64,000 bases of DNA, taken from NCBI GenBank assembly GCA_963805975.1, contig CAWDVR010000001.1:1408001-1472000 (forward strand). Direction: 5' to 3'. The notes below the pieces were generated by a model, which saw only the letters and a list, made by a program, of their open reading frames with translations, did no database searches and was not told the origin of the DNA. The stretch is from an uncultured Acidobacteriota bacterium (GTDB lineage Bacteria; Acidobacteriota; Thermoanaerobaculia; Multivoradales; SZUA-115). Every line of letters starts with the position of its first letter. Position 1 is the first letter of the stretch. The position numbers were made by a program, and so were the translations under genes. Below, piece after piece: positions 21,701-30,113 of this stretch.

Positions 21701-24224
21701 CCTGCTCACCTGGATCACCAGCACCGTGTTGCCGGCAGCGGGTGATCCCGACGTGCTGCTGCTCGGTGACTTCAACTCCTATGCCCAGGAGAACCCGGTG
21801 ACCACGCTCGCGGCCGGCGGGTTCACCGACCTCGAAACCGCGTTCCTCGGTGCCAACGCCTACTCCTACCTCTTCGACGGCCAGCTCGGTCACCTGGACT
21901 ATGCCTTCGCCAGCTCGAGCCTGCTCCCGCGCGTCACCGGCATCGAGAGCTGGCACATCAACGCCGACGAGGTGCCCCTGCTCGACTACAACGACGAGGT
22001 CAAGGACACCGGCGAGGCCGCCTTCGAGGAGAAGCCCGACGGCTCCGCGCTCGTGCCGCCGCGCGTGATGTTCCAGCCTGCCACTCCCTTCCGCGCTTCC
22101 GACCACGATCCCGTGATCGTCGGGCTCTTCCAGGTCGCCGATCTCTCGGTCACCAAGGTGGACACCCCCGACCCGGTGACCGCCGGCAGCAACTTGACCT
22201 ACACCATCACGGTCGCCAACGCCGGGCCGGATCCAGCCGCTACGGTGGCTCTGTCGGACACCCTGCCCGCGGGGACGACCTTCGTCTCGCTGCCTCAGCC
22301 CGCCGGCTGGACCTGCACCACGCCCGCCGTGGGCTCCGGTGGCACCGTCTCCTGCTCGAACCCCAGCCTCGCGGTGGGCAGCACGGTCTTCACGCTGACC
22401 GTGCAGGTGGGCGCCGGCACGGCCGCCGGAACGGTGCTCTCGAACACCGCCACCGTCACCTCGGCTACGGGCGATCCCACACCGGCCGACCACAGCGCCA
22501 CGGCGACGACGACGGTTGGCGCCTCGGCCGATCTCTCGGTCACCAAGGTGGATACGCCCGACCCGGTGACGGCGGGCACGAACCTGACCTACACCATCAC
22601 CGTCACCAACGCCGGCCCGAGCAATGCCGCCTCGGCCAGCCTCTCCGACACCCTGCCCGCGGGGACGACCTTCGTCTCGCTGCCTCAGCCCGCCGGCTGG
22701 TCCTGCACCACGCCGGCGGTGGGTTCCGGCGGCACCGTGAGCTGCACGAACCCCAGCCTCGCGGCGGGCAGCGCGGTCTTCACGCTGACCGTGCAGGTGG
22801 CCGCCGGCACGGCCGGAGGCACCGTGCTCTCGAACACCGCAACGGTTTCTTCGGCGACCACGGACCCGAGCCCCGGCAACAACAGCGCCACGGCCACCAC
22901 CACGGTGGGTGCCTCGGCGGACCTCTCCGTCACCAAGGTCGACACCCCTGACCCGGTGACGGCAGGAACGAACCTGACCTACACCATCACCGCCACCAAC
23001 GTCGGTCCCAGCAACGCGGCCTCGGCCGGCCTCTCGGACACGCTCCCCGCTGGCACCACCTTCGTCGCGCTCGTCCCGGCAGCCGGCTGGAGCTGCACCA
23101 CCCCGGCGGTGGGCTCCGGCGGCACCGTGAGCTGCACGAACCCCAGCTTCGCGGCGGGAAGCGCCGTCTTCACGCTGACCGTGCAGGTGGCGGCCGGCAC
23201 GGCCGGCGGCACGGTGCTCTCGAACACCGCCACGGTCTCGTCCAGCACCACGGACGGCAACCCCGGCAACAACAGCGCCACGGCCACCACCACGGTGGGC
23301 GCCTTGGCGGACCTGTCCATCACCAAGACCGACAGCCCCGACCCGGTGACCGCCGGCACCAACCTGACCTACACCATCACCGTCACCAACGCCGGTCCCA
23401 GCAGCGCCTCGACCGTCAGTCTCTCGGACACGCTGCCCGCCAGCACCACCTTCGTCTCTCTCGCTTCGCCGGCCGGCTGGAGCTGCACCACCCCGGCGGT
23501 GGGCTCCGGCGGCACCGTGACCTGCGCCAACCCCAGCTTCGCGGCGGGGAGCGCGGTGTTCACGCTCGTCGTGCAGGTGGACGTCGGCACGGCCGGTGGC
23601 ACGGTGCTCTCGAACACCGCCACGGTCACCTCGGCGACCTCGGAGCCCGGCACGGGCGGCAGCAGCAACAGCGCCACGACCACCACCACGGTGACGGCGG
23701 CGAACGCGGTGTCCGCCACCAAGACCGCATCGGGCGGCTCGGGCCCCAACACCACTGTGCTCTATACCGTGGTGCTCTCGAACCCCGGCCCGAATGCCCA
23801 GGGCGACAACCCGGGCGACGAGTTCACCGACGTGCTGCCGACCGACCTGACGCTCACGGGTGCCACGGCTACCAGCGGCACGGTGGCGACCGACGGCAAC
23901 ACGGTGACCTGGAACGGCGCGATCCCGGTGGGCGGCTCAGTGACCATCGAGATCGAGGCCCTGGTCAATCCCGAGGTGCAGCCGGGCACGGTCATCAGCA
24001 ACCAGGGCACCGTGGCCTACGACGCCGACGGCAACGGGACCAACGAGTCCAGCGCCCCGACCGACGACCCGGCCGTGCCCGGCGGCGGCGACCCGACCAC
24101 GATCGTGGTGGGTGTCGCCGGCACGATCGACATCCCGACCCTGGACTCGCTCGGGCTCGTGCTGTTGGCGATGGTTCTGGCGGCGCTCGGGTTGGCCGTC
24201 CTGCGGCGGCGGAAGGCGGCGTAG
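18792..24224 (+). CDS. Large extracellular ExeM/NucH-family endonuclease with 2 Calx-beta domains, 4-5 DUF11 domains and an IPTL-CTERM sorting signal
   Basis: SD GGAGGA then TTG; signal peptide; IHDIQG, NHFKSKG, GDFN, LDY and SDHDP nuclease motifs; C-terminal IPTL + TM helix + RRRK. Confidence 0.88.
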   Translation: MRNSLRLALAASSCLVALALARPAIAQVSMTTIGSPSTQSFDTLATSGTANTWTDNTTLVGWYSQFAATANPTTYRADAGGSNTGAIYSWGTGTATERALGSVGSGGTADIFNAVRLVNNTGVTITSLLVAFNGEQWRAGGCTPTPCTPAAQKIDFQYQVANAGVITDANTPTTGWTDHNPLDFTSPTPGTSTAAALDGNAAANRTALSATVTVTVLAGQEIWLRWFDTNDANNDHGLGIDDLSVTPNGVAQPNLTINDVSLNEGNAGTTNFTFTVSLSAPAGAGGVTFNIATADGTAQDDNPVTEDNDYQLKSLTAQTIPAGSSTYAFTVLVNGDTAPETNETFFVNVSSVTNATTLDSQGQGTIVNDDAAPNLTINDVSLNEGNAGTTTFTFTVSLSAPAGAGGVTFDIATADGTAQDDNPVTEDNDYVAKSLTAQSIPAGSSTYTFDVLVNGDLVPEGNETFFVNVTNVVNAIPADGQGQGTIVNDDLHKIHDIQGNGAATPIPATSVTIEGIVVGDYQGAAQLQGFFLEEENVDFDADPATSEGVFVFCGSCTTAVAEGQRVRATGLVSEFFGMTEVTASSVGSVVVVSAGNHLAEVTAAPLDLPVVGDVNTYYEAREGMLVTFIDTLSVSEYFELPRYGTIELFEGGRPRQFTEASPPSVAGNTAHLDNLNRRRVILDDDDDGQNVPLTLPEGSQFVFHPQANGGFSVGTQGTDFFRGGDLATGLRGVLHWSFSGVSGTDAWRLRPTTAAPATFTATNLRPATPPVVGGAIKAASVNLLNYFTTIDTTSSSTSGPCGPAADQDCRGADSVAELTRQRERTSIVLCALNAHVFGFGELENTTATGTINDLLGAVNARCGGANPYAFVNTGSTLGTDAIRVALIYRSATLSPVGSPLVDLDPIHNRPPTAQTFDVIEAANPAFGQRFTVIPNHFKSKGCDASAVGADADTSDGQGCYNGRRTAQATRLLTWITSTVLPAAGDPDVLLLGDFNSYAQENPVTTLAAGGFTDLETAFLGANAYSYLFDGQLGHLDYAFASSSLLPRVTGIESWHINADEVPLLDYNDEVKDTGEAAFEEKPDGSALVPPRVMFQPATPFRASDHDPVIVGLFQVADLSVTKVDTPDPVTAGSNLTYTITVANAGPDPAATVALSDTLPAGTTFVSLPQPAGWTCTTPAVGSGGTVSCSNPSLAVGSTVFTLTVQVGAGTAAGTVLSNTATVTSATGDPTPADHSATATTTVGASADLSVTKVDTPDPVTAGTNLTYTITVTNAGPSNAASASLSDTLPAGTTFVSLPQPAGWSCTTPAVGSGGTVSCTNPSLAAGSAVFTLTVQVAAGTAGGTVLSNTATVSSATTDPSPGNNSATATTTVGASADLSVTKVDTPDPVTAGTNLTYTITATNVGPSNAASAGLSDTLPAGTTFVALVPAAGWSCTTPAVGSGGTVSCTNPSFAAGSAVFTLTVQVAAGTAGGTVLSNTATVSSSTTDGNPGNNSATATTTVGALADLSITKTDSPDPVTAGTNLTYTITVTNAGPSSASTVSLSDTLPASTTFVSLASPAGWSCTTPAVGSGGTVTCANPSFAAGSAVFTLVVQVDVGTAGGTVLSNTATVTSATSEPGTGGSSNSATTTTTVTAANAVSATKTASGGSGPNTTVLYTVVLSNPGPNAQGDNPGDEFTDVLPTDLTLTGATATSGTVATDGNTVTWNGAIPVGGSVTIEIEALVNPEVQPGTVISNQGTVAYDADGNGTNESSAPTDDPAVPGGGDPTTIVVGVAGTIDIPTLDSLGLVLLAMVLAALGLAVLRRRKAA
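19548..20260 (+). repeat. Two intragenic tandem Calx-beta repeats, 360-bp period
   Basis: CCCAATCTGACGATCAACGACGTGTCGCTCAACGAGGGC starts at 19548 and 19908. Confidence 0.9.
22137..23696 (+). repeat. Four intragenic tandem DUF11 repeats, 390-bp period
   Basis: ADLS(V/I)TK..D.PDPVTAG units begin at 22137, 22527, 22917, 23307. Confidence 0.9.
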
Positions 24225-24242
24225 CGGCGGGGGCAGCGGGCC

Positions 24243-24266
24243 AGCGAGGGGTTTCGACCCCTCGCT
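24243..24266. terminator. Hairpin between convergent nuclease gene and nadE
   Basis: AGCGAGGGGT-ttcg-ACCCCTCGCT, 10-bp stem. Confidence 0.6.
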
Positions 24267-24295
24267 CCCCTCCCTCTGGCTTGCACGAAGAGCTG

Positions 24296-26368
24296 CTACT
24301 CGTCCGGCACGTTGGCTTCGAGCTCCGCCAGCCAGGTCTCCGCCCCGCTGTCGCTCGGGGCACGCCAGTCGCTGCGCGGCGAGAGAGAGCCGCCGGAGCC
24401 CACCTTGGGGCCGTCGGGCATGGCCGAGCGCTTGAACTGACTCTGCCCGAAGAAGCGCTCGAGGAATACCCGCAGCCAGCGCTTGATCGCCGCCAAGTCG
24501 TGCTCGCCACGCTCCGGGTCCGGGATCGAGGAGGGCCAGAGGCCGCGCTCGCGGTCGCCCCAGGCCTGGTAGGCGAGGAAGGCGACGCGCGAGGGCCGGA
24601 ACCCGTAGCGGCTCACGTAGTAGAGGTGGAAGTCCTGGAGCTCGTAGGGGCCCACCGAGTCTTCCGTGCGCTGCACCCTTGATTTACCGTCCGGCCCCTC
24701 GCCCGGCGGCACCAGCTCGGGCGAGATCACGGTGTCGACGATCGCGCGCAGCACCTCTGCGGTCTCGGGGTCCACTCGCCCGCTCGCCGCCTCCCAGCGG
24801 AGCAGGTGGCGGACCAGAGTCTTCGGCACCGAGGCGTTGACGTTGTAGTGCGCCATCTGGTCGCCGACGCCATAGGTGGTCCAGCCCAGCGCCAGCTCCG
24901 ACAGGTCGCCGGTGCCCACCACCAATCCGCGGTGAAAGTTGGCGAGACGGAAGAGGTGCGAGGTGCGCTCGCCGGCCTGCACGTTCTCGAACGTCAGGTC
25001 GTAGACCGGCTCGCCCTGGGCTGCCGGATGCCCGAGGTCGGCGAGCATCTGGAGGCAGGAGGGGCGGATATCGATCTCCCCTGCGGTCACACCCAGGGCA
25101 CGCATCAGCCGCCAGGCGTTGGCGCGCGTATCCTCGCTGGTGCCGAAGCCCGGCAGGGTGTAGCCGAGCACGTTTGTCCGCGGCAGGCCCAGCCGGTCCA
25201 TGGTCTGCGCGGCGACGATCAAGGCCTGTGTCGAGTCCAGCCCCCCCGAAACGCCGACCACCAGCTTCTCGATGCCGGTGGCCGTGAGCCGCTGCGCCAG
25301 GCCGTGGACCTGGATGCTGTAGACCTCCTGGCAGCGCTCGTCGAGCCGTTCCGCCTCGGCGGGCACGTAGGGAAAACGGTCAACGCGCCGCAGCAGGCCC
25401 TCCTCGGCCGCGGGTGCAGCGAACGCGAAGGGCACGCGCCGGAACGCGGAGAGCGCAGGGCCGTGCTCTCGCGCCGCTTCGTGGAAGCTGGTCAATCGCA
25501 GGCGTTCGGCCGCCAGCCGCTCGAGGTCCAGGTCCGCCACCAGCACCTGCTCGCTCGGAGCGAACCGCTCGCTCTCTGCCAGCAGCGTCGCGTTTTCCCA
25601 GATCATGGCGTGGCCGTCCCAAGCGAGGTCGGTGGTCGATTCGCCCGCGCCGGCCGCGGCATAGAGATAGGCCGCGGCGCAGCGGCCGGACTGCGAAGCG
25701 CAGAGCAGGCGCCGGTAGTCGGCCTTGGCGACGGTGACGTTGCTCGCCGACAGGTTGCAGAGCACGGTGGCGCCCGCCAGCGCGGCGAAGCTCGAAGGCG
25801 GCAGCGGCAGCCAGAGGTCCTCGCAGATCTCGGCGTGGAGCACGAAGCCCGAAAAATTGGCGGCGGTGAACAGCAGGTCGTTGCCGAAGGGCACCTCGCG
25901 GCCTAGGAGCACGGAGGTTTTCGCCACCGCGGCGCTCGCCGGTGCAAAGTGCCGGGCCTCGTAGAACTCGCGGTAATTGGGCAGATAGGTCTTGGGCACC
26001 ACTCCCAGGAGCTGGCCGTGGTACACCACCGCGGCGCAGTTGAAGACCTTGCCCTCCACGACCAGCGGCGCGCCCAGAACCAGCACCGGAGAGAGGCTAC
26101 GACTGGCTTCGATGAGGCGACCCAGGGCGGCTTCCGACGCTTCGAGCAGCGCCTGCTGGTGGAAGAGATCCTGGTTCGAATAGGCGGAGAGCCCCAGCTC
26201 CGGGAACAGGGCCACCGCGGCCCCGAGCTGCGAGGCGCGCTCGGCGAGCTCCAGGGTGCGCTCGGCGTTGACCGCCGGATCGGCCACCGCGACCTTGGGC
26301 ACACAGACCGCAACCCGCAGAAAACCCTGCGCATAGAGGGAATGGAAAGTCTCGCGAGTGGCTGCCAT
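24296..26368 (-). CDS. nadE: Glutamine-dependent NAD(+) synthetase
   Basis: Nitrilase-like domain ([24 protein letters not shown]) plus [29 protein letters not shown]. Confidence 0.96.
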   Translation of the reverse strand: MAATRETFHSLYAQGFLRVAVCVPKVAVADPAVNAERTLELAERASQLGAAVALFPELGLSAYSNQDLFHQQALLEASEAALGRLIEASRSLSPVLVLGAPLVVEGKVFNCAAVVYHGQLLGVVPKTYLPNYREFYEARHFAPASAAVAKTSVLLGREVPFGNDLLFTAANFSGFVLHAEICEDLWLPLPPSSFAALAGATVLCNLSASNVTVAKADYRRLLCASQSGRCAAAYLYAAAGAGESTTDLAWDGHAMIWENATLLAESERFAPSEQVLVADLDLERLAAERLRLTSFHEAAREHGPALSAFRRVPFAFAAPAAEEGLLRRVDRFPYVPAEAERLDERCQEVYSIQVHGLAQRLTATGIEKLVVGVSGGLDSTQALIVAAQTMDRLGLPRTNVLGYTLPGFGTSEDTRANAWRLMRALGVTAGEIDIRPSCLQMLADLGHPAAQGEPVYDLTFENVQAGERTSHLFRLANFHRGLVVGTGDLSELALGWTTYGVGDQMAHYNVNASVPKTLVRHLLRWEAASGRVDPETAEVLRAIVDTVISPELVPPGEGPDGKSRVQRTEDSVGPYELQDFHLYYVSRYGFRPSRVAFLAYQAWGDRERGLWPSSIPDPERGEHDLAAIKRWLRVFLERFFGQSQFKRSAMPDGPKVGSGGSLSPRSDWRAPSDSGAETWLAELEANVPDE

Positions 26369-26451
26369 CGCGGAGATTCTATGCTCTGACCCGGCACGCT
26401 CGGTCCCACGGTCGGGCGCGGGTACAATGCGCGCTCGACCAGGAGGCTCGC

Positions 26452-27690
26452 ATGCGGCTCTACGCATTCCAGGGACTGCGCTTCAACCGGCCGGCCGCGG
26501 AGATCGACCCGCTGGTCGCCCCCGCCTACGACCAGATCGACGACAAGCTGCGGGACGAGCTGCATGCCCGCTCGCCTCAGCAGTTCGCCTGGCTGACGAA
26601 ACCGGTCGCCGGCCCCGGCCGCGACCCCTACCAGCAGTCGGCCTGGCTGCACCGCGAGTGGCTGGAGGACGGCACCGTGGTGCGGGACCCGGAGCCCTCG
26701 CTCTACGCCTATGCGATCGAGCTCGCCGGTGGGGGCCGGCGGCTCGGGATCTGCGCCCTGGCCGGGGTCGAGGACCCGGCGAGCGGCATCATCCGCGCCC
26801 ACGAGGAAACTCTCGACAAGCCGCTCGCCGACCGCGTTGCGCTGCTCAAGGCCAACCGTGTGGACCTCGAGCCGATCTTCTTTCTTACCGAGGACGGCGG
26901 GGCGCTCGATGCGCTGCTCCTGGAAGACATGGCCGGCGCCGAGCCCGTGGCCGAGCACCACGACCCGGACGGCCACCGACATCACCTCTACCGCATCGCC
27001 GATCCGCGTCGCATCACCCGCTACCGAGAGCTCCTCTCGCCGCTCCCGGCCGCCATCGCCGACGGCCACCATCGCTACAAGACCGCCTCCCTCTATGCGG
27101 CGGAGTCGGGCGCCGCGCCGGGCACCGCCGCCGCCGCCAAGCTCACCGTGGTCACCAGTCTCGACTCACCGGGCCTCGCCATCGACCCCATCCATCGCGC
27201 GCTCGGCACGCTGCTGGACGTCACCCCGGCCCGGCACCTGGCCCTTGCGAGGCAGACCCTGGAAACCACGGACGGTGCCGAAGTAGCCGCGGCCGTGGCC
27301 ACCGCGCCGCAGCCGTCTCTGGGAGTCTGGGTGAGCGGAGAGAAGCCCGAGGTTTGGCAGCTCGACGCCAGCCAGGCGCCTGCCGGGCTCCCGGCCGGCG
27401 CCCGCGACCTCTCGGTCTCGCTGCTCCACGGCATGTTCTTGCCGGCGCTCGGCTTCGCGCCGGAAACCGCGACCGACGGCACCATCGTCTACCGTTCGAG
27501 CCCGGAGAAGCTGGCGAGTGAGCTGCGCACGGGTGCCCTCGCCGTGGGGCTGCTGCTGCCGCCGATGACGCCGGCCGCTTTTGCCGCCGCCATCGCCAAC
27601 GGCGACCTGCTACCGCCCAAGTCCACGCGCTTTTTGCCGAAGGTTTTTTCCGGCCTCGTGTGGGCCGATCACGATTCCGGGCTGGGCTGA
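26452..27690 (+). CDS. DUF1015 family protein
   Basis: [28 protein letters not shown]; TACAAT and AGGAGG upstream. Confidence 0.88.
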   Translation: MRLYAFQGLRFNRPAAEIDPLVAPAYDQIDDKLRDELHARSPQQFAWLTKPVAGPGRDPYQQSAWLHREWLEDGTVVRDPEPSLYAYAIELAGGGRRLGICALAGVEDPASGIIRAHEETLDKPLADRVALLKANRVDLEPIFFLTEDGGALDALLLEDMAGAEPVAEHHDPDGHRHHLYRIADPRRITRYRELLSPLPAAIADGHHRYKTASLYAAESGAAPGTAAAAKLTVVTSLDSPGLAIDPIHRALGTLLDVTPARHLALARQTLETTDGAEVAAAVATAPQPSLGVWVSGEKPEVWQLDASQAPAGLPAGARDLSVSLLHGMFLPALGFAPETATDGTIVYRSSPEKLASELRTGALAVGLLLPPMTPAAFAAAIANGDLLPPKSTRFLPKVFSGLVWADHDSGLG

Positions 27691-27695
27691 GGAAC

Positions 27696-27830
27696 GAAAA
27701 CGGGCCCGTGCACCAGCGGTTGAACGCCTCCCCTCCCTGACACCGTTCTCCTTCGGGAGAGGTTCACCCCGGGAAACGGTAAAAACCGGGGTTCGACGCC
27801 TGCCGCCCGTGCCAAGCATCCGGGCCACGC
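27696..27830 (-). ncRNA. Candidate structured small RNA of unknown family (about 130 nt); strand uncertain
   Basis: Closing stems GGCCCG/CGGGCC and GCAC..GCGG/CCGC..GTGC enclose two hairpins; sigma54-like motif just upstream and TTTTCGTT after the closing stem on the minus strand. Confidence 0.5.
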
Positions 27831-27838
27831 GACGCAGA

Positions 27839-27856
27839 AAGCACGATCGGGGCCAG
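27839..27856 (-). promoter_or_regulatory. Candidate sigma54 (-24/-12) promoter
   Basis: Minus strand CTGGCCCCGATCGTGCTT = TGG-N10-GC; predicted start near 27829. Confidence 0.5.
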
Positions 27857-27901
27857 CTTTGGAACGCAAGGGCTCGGAGAGCGCCGGCAGTTACGCCGGT
27901 C

Positions 27902-30049
27902 TCAGCTCTTGGCTCGCGCGGCGAGCGGTGGCAGCACGTAGAGCGCGACCGCACCGGACATCAGCGTGCCGACCGCCACCGCGATGCCGAAGCGCTGGGT
28001 GGGTGGGAAGCTCGAGAGAGCGAAGAGCACGAAGCCCAGGGCCACGATCAACGTGGCGCTGACCACGGCGCCTCCCATCTCGACCCGCGCCCGGAGCCAG
28101 GCGGCGGCAGCCGGAAGCCCCTCGCGGCGCGCCCGGCGGGCGGCGGCGGCGAGCTGGATCATCGAGTCGACGCCGATGCCGATCGCCACCTGGGCTGCCG
28201 GCGAGGAGATGAAGTCGAGCGGCATGCCGAGGAGACCCATGCCGCCCACCAAGAAGATCGGCACCAAGGCGAGCGCGCCCACCATGGCGAGCCCCGTGCC
28301 GAGCGAGCGCGAGACCCAGCTCCCGATGACGAAGAAGAGCAACAGCAGGCCGGCGAGGCCGGTCGCCAGGCTCTCCGCCACCAGCTCTCCGAGCTTGCCC
28401 TGCAGCTCGTAGAGACCACCCACCAGCTCCGGCTCCAGGCCCGCCTGCCGCACCTGGGCCGAAACCCGGTCGATCACCGCCTGCCGCGGCTCGGCGCGGC
28501 CGGCCTCGCGCATGCGGAGGAAGAACTGGGCGCTCTTGCGGTCGGCGGTGACGAAAGACAGCGCCACCCGGTCGTAGGCGGGCTGCTCGAGCACGGTGAG
28601 GAGCGCAGCCGAGGGCAGGAGGGCCGCCATCGCCGAGGCGCGCCGCGCCTCCTCCAGGAGCGGCGCCGCCGACAGCACGGTGCCGGCCGCCGGCTCTTCT
28701 TCCAGCGCGGCCTGCAGGGCCCGCAGCTTGGCCACCGCCGGCTCCGTGTCGAGCACTTCGCCGGCAGGGTCCCGGACCACGACCGAGAGCGGGCTCGAGC
28801 CGCCGTCGGCGTCGATCAGCTCGAGGCCTTGCCGCAGCTCGGAGCCGGAACGGAAATAGGAGAGCAGGCTGGGGTCGGTCGACAGGCGGAGCGCCCCGAG
28901 CCCCACCACGAGGCACAGGAGGGTGAGCGCCAGCGCCGGCCGCCAGCTCGAGCTCGCAGCCCCGGAACCCATGGAGGCGTTGGCCGGTGGCTTGGCGCCA
29001 CGCAGGAAGGGCGGGTAGAAGGTGTAGGCGGTGGCGATGGCGAGCGCCGTGCCCACCGCACCGGCGAGGCCGAGCTCGCGCATGGGCTTGGCGGAGGCGA
29101 AGAGCAGCGAGAGGAAGGAGAGGAGGGTCGCCGCCATGCACCAGAACGAGGCCGGGAGCGTGAGGCGCACGGCCTCCCTGACTACGGCTTCGGGGTCGGC
29201 ACCCTCCCGCACCGCGAGCCGCCGCCAGTTCGAGGACAGGAACACGGCGTGCGACAGCGTGAGCACGAAGACGATGGTCACCAGGTTGGCGGTCAGGATG
29301 CCCAGGTGAAAACCGGCCACGCCCAAGAGGCCGAGGGTCAGCGCGCAGGCGGTGAGGCACGCCGCGAGAGTGCCGGCCACGATCCGCGCCGAGCGGAACA
29401 GGGCGGCGATCACCAGGCCGAAGATCAGGATGGCGCCGCCGGAGAAGAGCGACAGATCGCGCCGCAGGTAGCGGCGGATCATCTCGACCACGTAGGGAAC
29501 GCCCGAGATCTCGACGTCGAGGCCGGAGCGCGCAGCGGCCTCTTCGACGGCCGCGACGGTCGGAGCCGGCTCGCCGTCACCCAGCAGCACCACGAGGTTC
29601 GTGGCCTGCTCCTCGCGGGGCACCAGCAGGCGGCGCCAGAACGGGCTGTCGAAGGCGGCTGCCGGCCGCGGCGGGCCCTTGGTCAGGCTCTGCACGCTCG
29701 CCACGCCCGGCGCCTGGGCGATCTCCGTGGTGAGCTTCCCGACCGCCTCGGCATACTCCGGCGAGCGCACTGCTCCGGCGGCCCGCAGGATGAGCTGCGG
29801 CCGGGACGGGAAGCGCTCGGCGATGGCCTCCGAGGCCTGGAGCTGCGGATCGTCGGTCGAAAAGAAAAAATCACTCTCGACGCGCGGTGCCAAGTCCACG
29901 CCCAAGAGCACCGCCGCCACGCAGAGCGCGGCGAGGAAGAGCAGGAGGCCCTCGCGCGCCCAGCCGGCCTCGGTCGACCTCGCGTACGCGTGAGGTAGCT
30001 CTCTCGTTGCGGTGCTCGAGCTCCCTGGCAGGCGGCCTGCGCTCCTCAC
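27902..30049 (-). CDS. MMPL/RND-family transporter (start uncertain)
   Basis: Two halves, each with a periplasmic loop and TM bundle; SGVPYV, IGIGVDS, FPPTQRFG. Confidence 0.85.
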   Translation of the reverse strand: MRSAGRLPGSSSTATRELPHAYARSTEAGWAREGLLLFLAALCVAAVLLGVDLAPRVESDFFFSTDDPQLQASEAIAERFPSRPQLILRAAGAVRSPEYAEAVGKLTTEIAQAPGVASVQSLTKGPPRPAAAFDSPFWRRLLVPREEQATNLVVLLGDGEPAPTVAAVEEAAARSGLDVEISGVPYVVEMIRRYLRRDLSLFSGGAILIFGLVIAALFRSARIVAGTLAACLTACALTLGLLGVAGFHLGILTANLVTIVFVLTLSHAVFLSSNWRRLAVREGADPEAVVREAVRLTLPASFWCMAATLLSFLSLLFASAKPMRELGLAGAVGTALAIATAYTFYPPFLRGAKPPANASMGSGAASSSWRPALALTLLCLVVGLGALRLSTDPSLLSYFRSGSELRQGLELIDADGGSSPLSVVVRDPAGEVLDTEPAVAKLRALQAALEEEPAAGTVLSAAPLLEEARRASAMAALLPSAALLTVLEQPAYDRVALSFVTADRKSAQFFLRMREAGRAEPRQAVIDRVSAQVRQAGLEPELVGGLYELQGKLGELVAESLATGLAGLLLLFFVIGSWVSRSLGTGLAMVGALALVPIFLVGGMGLLGMPLDFISSPAAQVAIGIGVDSMIQLAAAARRARREGLPAAAAWLRARVEMGGAVVSATLIVALGFVLFALSSFPPTQRFGIAVAVGTLMSGAVALYVLPPLAARAKS

Positions 30050-30067
30050 GAGAGAGCTACCTCACGC
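29988..30067. repeat. Perfect 20-bp inverted repeat (REP doublet / MITE-like) over the MMPL 5' end
   Basis: GCGTGAGGTAGCTCTCTCGT (29988-30007) and ACGAGAGAGCTACCTCACGC (30048-30067), 40-nt spacer. Confidence 0.85.
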
Positions 30068-30113
30068 TCGGGCGCGCGCGATCGATCTTCCGTTGCGCTG
30101 CTCACGGAAGAAG

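Noticed and set aside
18849-22493. 1214-aa antisense ORF and many similar long shadow ORFs (e.g. 264-2132, 31582-33624, 36137-38596, 46856-48871)
   Set aside because: They mirror real genes on the opposite strand; high GC and codon bias suppress stops, and the translations lack motifs
22137-23696. Regularly spaced repeats as a possible CRISPR array or DGR template/variable repeat
   Set aside because: The 390-bp in-frame units encode DUF11 domains, differences are mostly synonymous rather than adenine-specific, and no cas or reverse transcriptase gene is present
27786-27805. GGTTCGACGCC resembling a tRNA T-loop; SRP RNA also considered
   Set aside because: No cloverleaf, anticodon arm or acceptor stem fits, and the SRP helix-8 CAGG..GGAA..AGCAG motif is absent
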